Source: Halocafeteria seosinensis (lineage: Eukaryota). From it: a stretch of 64,000 bases of DNA. Positions 50,613 to 61,337 of this stretch are shown piece after piece; the stretch's first letter is position 1, and the number at the start of each line of letters is the position of its first letter. The notes beneath the pieces are model-generated. The model made no database searches. It had not been told where the DNA came from and saw nothing but the letters and a program-made list of their open reading frames with translations. Where the stretch lies: positions 1 through 64,000 of the forward strand of contig LVLI01000198.1 of assembly GCA_001687465.1 (NCBI GenBank), given 5' to 3'. Both the position numbers and the translations under genes were made by a program.

Positions 50613-52742
50613 TCATTCTGCCATAGTTTGTAGACTGTCACGAACCACTTCGGTGAACCTCAAGTTCTGTGTATCCAATGCTTGGAGCTTTTGCTTGCAC
50701 GTAGTCGCTTCTGACTGCCAATAGCTAGATTCAGAACGGAGACTCTTGATCTCTCCAAGACACCGCTTTAGCGCAGAACAGAGCGTGTACACATCACTCT
50801 CCACGTCTGATAACACTTGTGGTAAGTTGCTCTCCGAAACAGAGTTGTATTTATTGACAAATGTCGAGAATTCCTCCGGAACAGAGTCTCGCAGGAACTG
50901 CCTCAGGCTTAGCATCCGTTTTCCAGAGTCGGCAACCAATTGACGATACATACGGCTGGTAACAGTAGTCTCGTTCGTATGAGCAGTTAATTCCTGTACT
51001 TCATCTTCCAAGTGAGAGTTCTGTTTTCTCAGCTTTGTTACTTGGCTTTGGGTTTGCTGTAGCTCTGATTGAGTACTATTGTGACTGTGTCGCTCCTCTT
51101 CTAGCAGCTTCTTCGTCTCAGTCAATTCTTTACTCTTGGCACTTAGTTCACTGTCAATGAAGGACAGTCTATTCGAGGATTTTTCTTTCTCCTCCTTTTC
51201 TGATACCATCGACGATGCGCATCGAATTAGCTCATTCATTGTTGGGTGAATGGAATCGATTGCGCCAGATACTGCCGCCAGTGGTCCCAAAAGTTCTTTT
51301 AACATGGGCAGCTGAAAACTTGTTTCGAACCGTTTGTGCTTAGTAGGGGTGCCGTCGTTTACATTATGCGGAATCCCCAACGAGTTTAATTTGCTTTCGA
51401 CGTCGTACACTACCTGCGAAAGCTCCGTGCTCATATTGTCCAAGAATCTATGTAAGAAACTGGCGTCATTTTCTGCTTGCTGATAGAGTTTATTGAAGGA
51501 TGAATTGGTTTTCTCAAGTTCGCGTTTCAACGCCGAGTTACGATCCTGTTCCATATTGAATTTTCTTTCTATGTCCGCCGCTACCTGACGATACTTTGCA
51601 ACTCTGAAAAAGACATACACAGGTGTTTCCACAGGAGAGCAAGGAGGGAATCACGTAACTGCAACGTACTCTTCAAGTTCATGGATCTTTTTCCTTTGCT
51701 TTTCCACAATCTTTTCGTACTCAGAAACACTACTTGCTTTGGACTTTGCATCCATCTCTGCTGAGTATGTCAGTGTTTCTTGTCTTCTAAGCTTGCTTTG
51801 AAGCTCCTCAATCGTTTCCTCAAGGCTATTATTTTCACTTCGTAATTGTTGCTCGGTGCTCGTAGCTTCCTTATGACTCACTACCTGTGCTTGCATAAAC
51901 AAAAATAGTAACATTTACCCTAACGCAACTTCGTTGCAAGGACATACCATTGAACTCTGCAGACTTTGAATGGAACTGGAGGCCCTATTTAGGTTATCTC
52001 TTAATTTCTCATTCTCTTGCTCGAGCAAGCGCTTATCTTCGGCGAATCTCGTTATGACCTCGTTGTTGTTTTCTACAGTGGAATTGGCTTGACTTAAGTC
52101 CCGTTGTAATTCCTGGATCTGGTAATCTCGTTCTTTGACCTCCAGACGCAAAGTGCGCACCCGTTGCTCAGTTTTATACAGCTGAGATTCCATTAGTTGC
52201 AGTTTTGACCGAAGATTACGTTCACGTTGCAAATTCAGGTAGTCATAAGACGAAGTGCTTTCTGATGTCCGTTGAGTGATTGCCGCATCGTAAGAGGAAG
52301 AGGAGGCAACGAACGGCCTTCCTTCATGCGTATAACCATCTTTCGACTGCAAAATATCAGCTGTGGGTGGTGAGGTAGTTGTGGCATGGTAAGAGGAACG
52401 GTCACTTTCCGGGGACTTGTGGTCCAAATCCAAAACACCGGCACCGCCACCGTTGGAGGTGGTGCGTCTCCAGGAGGAAGAAGATGCTGTGGTTTTCACC
52501 GCAGATACCGGTTCCTGTTGATACCTCTGCAGTGTCGAGTGCACACTCTCTTCCTGATGCTGCTGCTGCTGGTAGTTCGAGCTCTTGTACGGCCCCGCGG
52601 GGGACATATGGCGCACGATATACCGTGAAGGAGCATGGTCGTACTCCTTGCCGGGGATCTCTTCAGGAGAGGATCGATGCCGCCGCCCTTCCCGACTTCG
52701 TGGGGATACAGACGATGGCGGAGGTGGCGCGGGAGACTCCAT
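50613..52742 (-). CDS. Coiled-coil protein with disordered S/P-rich N-terminus, three exons
   Basis: Three consecutive heptad-rich ORFs separated by intron-sized gaps. Confidence 0.65.
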
Positions 52743-52980
52743 TCTATGCTCTCTTGAATGGCCTTCACTTCAGTAGAAAAACAATCCGAACTGGACGTGG
52801 TGTGTACGACTTCCACCTCATTCTCCGGAGAGGGACGAAGTGCTACAGGTCTTGTACTTGTACAAGTATTTAAAAGAAGAAATAAAGCTGTGGAGGAAGT
52901 GAGAGAGGAACTATTAAGTCGCCTTGATTTTGTTCTTGTATTTGCGAACATTCATTACTACTAACTGCGATGGCTACGTG

Positions 52981-55830
52981 CTAAAATCTATTACGATCCG
53001 TGTGTCGGAATAAACCGTCTCCTTGAGCAACAATCCAGTGGCGCTCATTCCAAGCATTGGGTTCCCAATTCATGTAAACCTCAATATCATAGTACGGATC
53101 GTTCCTAGTAAATTTATGGAACCGACTAACGTATTCGTTGTACCACCATTTCACGCTCATCATCGTTGGGTTATTGGTCCAATTGCAATATTTGCTATCG
53201 GAGCAGTACATCACAGGGTCATTATGGCATATCCATATCTTGTCTGGCCAGTATTTTTCGGGTTCTTCGATCCAATGGAAATGATTGCAAAATAAATTAG
53301 GCTGCTGCTTGAACACTCGTTCTTCATCTCCCTTGAACATCATCTTTGCGAAGTTGGGTTTCCCTGCTCGCCACCGATGACGGAAACGCACGACATGGGC
53401 TTCTTTATTCATAACCATGTCTCTACCGGTAGTCAACTGTTCATATACGCATGGCCATGGTTCAATAAGGAGGAAATCTTTCTCCAAGAACAGGAATATA
53501 GGGTTGCTGGCGTTCATTGCCATAAAGTTGATAGCGCGTAGGATACCCACATTCTTACTGTTACCCATAAGCTTGACGGCACTATGTCGTTGTGCAAAAG
53601 GAGACACAGCCTGTTCAAGTGTCGGATTCCTGCCGTTTAAGTATATCATGAATTCGTTGACGCCATCGAGTAAACCATTGTCCTCATAACTTTGCAGGGT
53701 TTGCTTGAGCGTTGCCAACTCTCGAGAGCCATGAGCCAAGAGACCCAACGAGAGATCCTTGACAGGACCCTCTGGTCCACGAAGCCCAGGCTCTTCGCAT
53801 TTTCGTTGCATAACGTTAGGACGCTCAAAGTTTGGAAGTTTAAACTTAGATTTGGGAATCTTCTTGGGGCGAGGCGGGCAATTGCCTGGATTCTGATCAC
53901 ACCATTTCTTTTCATGAGCATGCCAATGAATGTTCTCATTCCCTGTTTGGCAAGAGACAGTACAATAGTGGCTTCTCACGCGGCACAAATGCTGGTTCTT
54001 AGCTTCAGTCAAAAACTGGGGAGTGACGTAAGAGGGACATTCGTCCCAATCATACGGATCGTCCTCGTAGCATATCGTGTGCCCATCTCTCTCGGCGCAT
54101 TTGAGCCCTCGCAAATCATAGACTTCGTTATAGCTTAAAGACTCGATGTCAATATCATTGGGTTCCTCGTTAGGATGCGTTTCCTTCCGAGAACTTTGCT
54201 CCGAAGGCTCTTTCTCCTCCTGCTTCGGTTGTTCTTCTGGAGTCTCCTGCTGTTGTTCCTGTTGAGAATCACCCAGGTCTTTGTCTACACCACGGAATCC
54301 AGGGTCCCCCGGCTTAACCCGCCCTTCACCAACATCAGCAAAACAAGGCTTGTCAGTAGTACCGCATGGATGAGCACTCCAAGCCACTTGATCGCTTCCT
54401 CGTTTACACTGAACTGTGCAGAAGAAATGTGCTGTATCATGGCATGTATACTGGTTTTCTGCTTTTGTAAGGTAATACGGTGTAACATAAGCTGGGCAGG
54501 GAGTCTTGTCTGTGTGGAAACATGAGGGCTTCCCCTGCTTCTCTAACTGCTCAAAATTCTCCTCGCAAAGTAAGCCACGTAAGTGATATCCGTAGTCTTT
54601 CGGGTCCAATGGTGGATCCACCACATGTTGGAAAAAGGCACAGTTACCGCCTTCTCCATTATCGTATCGGTGCACCAGCTCCGGGAACCTGTAGTACAGA
54701 ATAGAGAAAAAGTTTTCTTCCGTTCCCATGTACCGCTTTTCCAGGGTCTCCTTCATGATCACGTCCAGTACTTGAATGGCCACTTCGAGAAACTCAGGCC
54801 GTCCACCAAACACACCTCCTCGTCCAACGAGCAAGGGGAGTTTGTGATACCCAATATAATTCTGGAATGCCTTCTTTTCAAAGCCGTGGATCTCGCCGTT
54901 GTGCTCACTTGGAACGTAGTCGAAGTACGTTATGAAAAGTTTATCATTCAAGAAATTATCCAAAATGAATCTCTGTTTTGCCAAATTGACACCGGAGGGA
55001 TTATTACAGAGATGGCCACCATCAATGAAGAGAAATGAGTCCGTGTTGAACGGATTCAACCTGGATGCTTCTGCGGTCCAAAAGATCTTGCTCATTACCA
55101 GAGGGTTGTAAAACTCCAACTTTGCTTGCGGTGAGTCTTCCAGCCATCCTTGCTGTCTATACCATTTCGGATTTTTACGTATTTCTTGGACTAAGTCATA
55201 GTATTTGAAGTTTTGCTTCAGATAGTCCACAGTTCTGAGAATGACATGAACTGGACCAGGGCTGCTGTCAATCAGAGGCTTAAAGTCATCATAGTAGTCG
55301 GCATCAATGAAAATGACTTTCGGGTAGTTGTACGACATGAACCCTCTGAATCGTTCTATGTAGTGCTTGAAGGTCCTGGCAAAGCCCCCGCCTAGAGAAT
55401 GGCGTCCCAAATTGAGCATAGCTGATACCAGGGTAATGTTTTTCCGCGGTTGTTTTTCAGCATAGTCCAAGGTGGGTTTATTTTTGTCCACGAGCCATCG
55501 TCCTTTGGCGAGCCAGTCCATCTGATCGAGCTGCCCTTTGTCCAATTCCTCCAAGGTGTGGACATCATGTATAGCAGGGCCAGGCTGGTTCTTATCGCCT
55601 GTTGACTGTGTGGGAAGCTCACTCTTCATGCGTCGTCCCGGAGCAACGCGCACGGGGTTGGCGTAATCGCCCATTAATGGCCTATGTATGCGCAGTCCAT
55701 CTTCGTGGGCCGACTGATGAGGGAGTAGGCCACTACTTCCTTGCCTCCCCACGTAGGTAATGACCACAGAAAGCCATATAACACATAAAAGAAAGGCAAA
55801 AAACACCGTACAGCGCACAAAGGAGACCAT
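52981..55830 (-). CDS. Type II membrane protein: HtrL/YibB-like domain + two Cys-rich repeats + GT-A-like C-terminal domain; intronless
   Basis: N-terminal TM anchor. YNPLVMSK, NPFNTDSFLFIDGG, GGVFGG and MGTEE are HtrL-family-like. NVGILRAI...LFLEKDF is GT-A-like. Confidence 0.7.
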   Translation of the reverse strand: MVSFVRCTVFFAFLLCVIWLSVVITYVGRQGSSGLLPHQSAHEDGLRIHRPLMGDYANPVRVAPGRRMKSELPTQSTGDKNQPGPAIHDVHTLEELDKGQLDQMDWLAKGRWLVDKNKPTLDYAEKQPRKNITLVSAMLNLGRHSLGGGFARTFKHYIERFRGFMSYNYPKVIFIDADYYDDFKPLIDSSPGPVHVILRTVDYLKQNFKYYDLVQEIRKNPKWYRQQGWLEDSPQAKLEFYNPLVMSKIFWTAEASRLNPFNTDSFLFIDGGHLCNNPSGVNLAKQRFILDNFLNDKLFITYFDYVPSEHNGEIHGFEKKAFQNYIGYHKLPLLVGRGGVFGGRPEFLEVAIQVLDVIMKETLEKRYMGTEENFFSILYYRFPELVHRYDNGEGGNCAFFQHVVDPPLDPKDYGYHLRGLLCEENFEQLEKQGKPSCFHTDKTPCPAYVTPYYLTKAENQYTCHDTAHFFCTVQCKRGSDQVAWSAHPCGTTDKPCFADVGEGRVKPGDPGFRGVDKDLGDSQQEQQQETPEEQPKQEEKEPSEQSSRKETHPNEEPNDIDIESLSYNEVYDLRGLKCAERDGHTICYEDDPYDWDECPSYVTPQFLTEAKNQHLCRVRSHYCTVSCQTGNENIHWHAHEKKWCDQNPGNCPPRPKKIPKSKFKLPNFERPNVMQRKCEEPGLRGPEGPVKDLSLGLLAHGSRELATLKQTLQSYEDNGLLDGVNEFMIYLNGRNPTLEQAVSPFAQRHSAVKLMGNSKNVGILRAINFMAMNASNPIFLFLEKDFLLIEPWPCVYEQLTTGRDMVMNKEAHVVRFRHRWRAGKPNFAKMMFKGDEERVFKQQPNLFCNHFHWIEEPEKYWPDKIWICHNDPVMYCSDSKYCNWTNNPTMMSVKWWYNEYVSRFHKFTRNDPYYDIEVYMNWEPNAWNERHWIVAQGDGLFRHTDRNRF

Positions 55831-56627
55831 TGCCCTCCTTGTTTGCGTGCTTCCCCACCACACACAGACGCTCACACACACTCCACAAGGGGTAAGAAAC
55901 CTCTACCCAAGGTATGGCAGAAAACGGTAGTCCGTAGCACGCACAAACACTAACTAACAACCCGCCACCGGAGTCACGCCATCTTGACCCAAAAGCACGG
56001 GGTGGTGAGAACTTGGAAATTCAAGTTGGAATTCAAGTCCTTCAAGTAGGAGGAAAGGACTTGAAGAAGACTTGTTATTGATTTTAAACTTAGTGTATGC
56101 ATAGCATAGCGCCAACTCATGGACCTATCGTATGAGACGGAAGAACGTCGTACCAGTGGTAACTCATTTGCAGATGAAAACGGAAGCAACGCATGACAAG
56201 TGGTAGGTACCAAAGGTACTGAGTAGCCTTGCCGCGCCAAGACTGAAACACAACTGTACACTGTTGTATTATACTGTACTGTAGAGCTATTTGGTGGAGA
56301 AAGTATGTCTTGCAATGCAGTGAGGCGTAACAGCACCGGTACAATCGGAGTGCATGATACCCTACATGGCATACCTGTGACATTGTTGAATTGGTCCGCT
56401 TAAATTCGCAAACTTCGAACTTATGCAGTGTGCACCGATGCAAATACAAAAATACGCTTTTTGACATCACAGTCCAGACCAATGGGGTCGCGCCCAGCTT
56501 CTCAGCTAGTAGACGATCGTTACACTTCGCTGGCGCATTGTGCGAATAGCATTGTTACTCTAAAACCCGTTAACTTGCATTATGCTTCCTACGACACTTG
56601 ATCCGCATTTTGAATAGTTTTGGGTAG

Positions 56628-58774
56628 TTATTGACCGCTATATAAGGGCCCAGGGAAATTCTTCCCACGAATCTTATTGGGGATTTCCTCTATACTGAGA
56701 CCACGTACCGCCCATAGACGATCAATCCGCTCGTCCCGACTTCCACCACATTTCAATCCTCGATTGTACAACTCGGATTTGAGTTGTTCCAAATGAAGTT
56801 CCTGTAGCTCTGATCGGGACTTTACAGTTTCAAGTCGTGCCGGTAACTGAGGCGGCGGCAACTCGTTATTGCCGTTGGATCCATTGGCAGTACGAGGGGT
56901 GTCTGTTCCATTAGACGAAAGTGCTGTATCACTGGAGGATTCTACTTTGGCACGAGATTCCGAACATTCAGTTGAGGTGCTCGCTTGGTTGTATTCCCCG
57001 TCACGACCTTCATTATTAGGTTTACTGTCTTGATTTACTTTTTGTACCTTAACACGGGGTTTTTTCGACGACGGTGAAACAGCCGCTGCAACTGAGCTTG
57101 TCGTTTGTACCGTAGCGGCCAGAGGTTGATATCCCTCAGCACTTGGCGCATAGCTGAAACCAGCACTAGCAGCGCCTATTTCAGAGGCAATACCCAGGTT
57201 AACTTCCACCGCCTCTTCTTCCTCCACAGACACAGCTGCCAGGACTCCGTTGTCGATTCGCTGCGCCAATCCATCAAAGGCTACGCCAAGGTTCTCACCA
57301 TTTAATGAGAACCAGACTGTACCATCATGCAAGTCTATACCACAGCCCACTACGTCCCCTTTTTCCCACCCCTTTCCATACTTTGAGCTTTCAACATTCC
57401 ATTTCAACTGCCGCGCGCCATCAAACCCCCAACTATGTTCGTCATCTCCGACCCCATCTCCGTCCGCAGTTGAGGCAGCGAAACTGGTGTCGATCCAGCC
57501 AACCTGCACCACCCCGTCGGTGAGCAACTTCACTTCAAAATACCATTTACAAGCATCTCCGTCTTTCGGCGGAAAAGGAGCAACATGATAGAGTGAAAAT
57601 GCGGTAGCAAACGTGGATGTCCCAGTTACCCTTGCCTTGAGAGGGGTTGAAGAATCAACTTCAGTAAAAGCATTTTGCACGCTTGCATCGTCAGAATCAA
57701 ACAGTCCGAGCAGTTTTACCGGTGATCCATGCGGTTCAGTCGAAGGAGGTTCAGAGCTGCGGAGTCGTTTCTCTGGCAGGTTCGTCGTTTTCGCAGATGA
57801 CGCTTTATTTTTCAGACCAGCGGTTACAGCATCTGCCATAGCGTCGGCCCGGGAGGAAGGCGCGTGGTAGTTGATATACTGAGTTCGCCTTTCATTCTTG
57901 GCCATCTCTTCCTTCTGCTTCTCTTCCTCCTCTTTTTGGCGTTTCTCCTCGACAATACGTTCTCTTCGCGACACAGCTTGCGCACGTCGGCGAAGCTGTT
58001 TCGGCGTAAGCCCATCCGACCACGACGGAACTGGCAGGAACCAGCCTGGAATACCAGCAGTTCCTGCGGGCTCCTGGTACGCATCTTTCAACCGAGCTCT
58101 CCTCTCTCTTTCCTCTTCGCTCACCCACGTTCGAAGCCGGATTTGGTCATTTACGTGTCGTAAGCGACGGCCACTAAGATCACGGCACGCCCCATAATTG
58201 GGTAACTGGGCGCCTCGTCCAGCTTGTTTCCCCGCAGCTCGTAAGTTGGCTCCAAATCTGCACTAAACTCGCTCAATGAAGTAACACGCAAACACAAGCA
58301 GTCTACATGAAATAGCGTACCCTCCTTTACCACCTTTCAACCCCCCACAAATCTGTAGCCGGAAGACCCCATGGTCTTCATGGCTCAATAAGGACTGCGT
58401 TTCCGTCAGCAAACGCGTTCCCTGCCACAACTTGCATTGTATAGTCTCGGGTAGGCCCGTTAGGTGCTGCACAAGATCAGCCGAAATCGTGTATCAACTG
58501 CATATACGTGTGAATGCGCCGCCAGAACGTACTTTAACATGGGATAAGAGCTGCTGGACTGTGGAACAGCCCTTGTTTCTGCCAAGCACAGAGTATATAC
58601 ACTTCGTATAGATGTTTTATAGGCTATACACGAGGTAAAGACGTACGTATTCGGCCTGAAAAGCTGGTCTCGTGGTACCAACAGGCACTGAGAAAGACCC
58701 CCAGGTTGTTGTTGGTGCCGATGGAGAAATGACGGAGGAATGCCGGAGACATTCACTTGTATATATGACTCCAT
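56628..58774 (-). CDS. SDE2: SDE2-like protein with internal SPRY domain and C-terminal SAP domain, multi-exon
   Basis: Ubiquitin-fold end LKGGKGG-FG and ACRDLSGRRLRHVN. SPRY motifs WYFEV, QVGW, GVGDD, GDVVGC and FSLNGENLGVAF. SAP motif LKSELYNRGLKCGGSRDERIDRLW. Confidence 0.85.
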
Positions 58775-58988
58775 TTTTATCTTGCACCTTGTATTGGTTT
58801 GCTTAATTCTGATAAAGCGATCAAACAGTGGAGCAAACAATACCAATGATGATATGTAACGACTATAATCATTAAGTTGCCGGTGTTCTATTGTCTGCTA
58901 GCACTTTAGTCAGTAGAAGCATAAAATTGAAAACTGAACCACCTCTATCATCTAGTTTATCGGTATTCCATCCATTGCCAAATCTACA

Positions 58989-60166
58989 CTATTTCTTTAG
59001 ATGGCACGTTTCAAACAATTTCGCTGTAACAGCATATGGATCGATATTGGAGGCAGGACGGCGGTCCTCAAAGTACCCTTTGCCGTCAGTTTCGGTGAAG
59101 CGGGGAATACGCACCGAAGCTCCTCGATCAGCAACACCATAAGTAAACTTATCCATACTAGCTGTTTCGTGTTTACCCGTCAACCGACGCTCGTTGCCGG
59201 GTCCGTAAATGTGGATATGCTCTTCGTGCGCCTGTGACAATTTCTTGACGGCTTCCATAATAACGTCAAATCCTCCATCTTCTCGCATCGGACGAGTACT
59301 AAAGTTAACGTGGCAACCAGCTCCATTCCAATCTCCTTTGACAGGTTTGGGGTCAAAACTGACTATGACTCCGAAGTCTTCGGCAACACGCATCAAAATG
59401 TATCTAGCTAATATAAGTTGATCACCGCTGTCAATTCCTTCACTAGGTCCTACTTGAAATTCCCATTGGCCTGCCATCACCTCCGCATTGACCCCACTTA
59501 TTTGGATACCCGCGTACAGGCACGCTTTGTAATGGGCCTCGACAACGGGCCTGCCGAAAGCACACTCAGTACCTGCGCCGCAGTAGTACGGACCTTGGGG
59601 TCCCGGAAACCCACCTCTAGGCCAACCAAGTGGTGTCCTCCCATCATCCTCAAATAGCGTATACTCTTGCTCCAATCCATACCAAGGTGCAGCAGCAAGA
59701 TCCTTTTCAAAGACTTTCTTGGCTTCCTCCCGGGTGTTATTCTCAATAGGAGTCATACTGGGCTTCAAACACTCGCAGAGCACAATGATATTCGGTGCCC
59801 CTCGGAACGGATCTTTGACTATCTTGACTGGTCGAAGTATAACTTCAGAATCATTGCCAGATGCTTGCCCCGTTGAGGAGCCATCAAAGTTCCATAGGGG
59901 TAAATCCTCCGGTTTTTGGGGAGAGAAGCCCAGCGTCCGGGTTTTACTTCTCAAGTCCATGCCCGTTCCCCCTATCCATACATATTCAGCAAGCACACTA
60001 TCACCCTGTCATCACGATGGCAACACGAGCGACAGAGGGATTCTATTAAACTCTTCGAATACAGCGCCAATGGACTTCTCCATTGTGGCTATTTAAAGCC
60101 AGAACGTACCTGTTCCAGGCCCATATAGGCCCGATACACTGTTGAGTTCAACACTTTGGACGCCAT
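58989..60166 (-). CDS. GLN1: Glutamine synthetase type II; exons 60166-60110, 60005-58989
   Basis: Motifs [53 protein letters not shown] and YFEDRRP. Exon 1 is [19 protein letters not shown]. Confidence 0.97.
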
Positions 60167-61337
60167 TTGTTACGTCTGCAAGCACTCCATACACGAGTAG
60201 CATGGGTACAATCGAAAGATAAATGTATACTACGACAAAATATAAGCTCAAATCAAACGAAAACATCGCATTCGGAAACAAAACGTCAATAAACGTCGGT
60301 AGGCGTCACCCGGCTAAATGAGATCCAGCGCCCTTTACTTACAGTATCTGCAATGACTAAAATGGTGTACCTACACAACCACATAAGCTAGACAATATTC
60401 TAGTAACAATTTTCACAGGGAGGTTGTTGTCAAACCAACCCACTGGACCCTACACGAAATACCGTCGTTTATAGAACTTGAGTAACGCTTGAAGTTGATT
60501 GCATTTCGAACTTCCAAGACAGTAACTTCCCGTAAAAGTTTGGTACGCTAAAACAGGTAGCCTCACAGTCGCGAAAACTGCGACAGCGCCTTGGTTATTA
60601 CATTGCGCATGAGGCCTTGGTGTAGCTCCAAGCTGGCCGTCGGACTGCGAACTCATCTGTCGCAACAGCATTTGAGCCCGAGAGCCCGTCCTGTTCTGTT
60701 CGACAACCACTGACCAGTGCTCACAGACTGCTGAAGGATCCAATTCGATTCCTTACGCCACGCAAATACAACGATTGGATTCTAGAGAAATGGTAAAGAG
60801 TTTACAACAACGCAATTGCATTGTACAGTTCGTTGTGCTATAGATGTATGGTATGAGTTTGACGTTGTCTGGGCTAACATGTTTGTAGGGGTTAAGTGTT
60901 TGAAACTTCTAGGTACAAAAATACCGTAGTACTACGAGTGCGTTTCTTCTTAGATTAGCAACTAGGCTCACAAGACGCCAATTTAAAGCTTAGCTTCCGC
61001 TTTTTTCCCCCTGTCTGGGTATAATATCATTTCTGGGTGCCACTCCTCGTTGGAATCTCAAAGTGACCACTGGACTACGGAGCAATCATTTCGTCTACCC
61101 CTTTAGCCACCAGCTGCTGCGGTTCATACGTTAGCCAAACCAAAACCAAATGGTTTATTGTTCTCCCCAAAAGGATGCAGCTTTCGCATTTTATCTAGCG
61201 TGCTCTCTTGCCGTCCTCTTTACCCCTCAATAGAGGGAGCAGAACCTGGAAGTGAAGCCCATAATAGATATTTCTCAGGTTGAAGTTATTAGGAATTTTC
61301 TTCCATTTCTCCTTATACACTATTTAAGAGGGATATA

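Noticed and set aside
60006..60109. Read-through of tandem TGA codons upstream of the glutamine synthetase ORF
   Set aside because: They lie in a 104-nt intron, and a proper first exon exists at 60166-60110.
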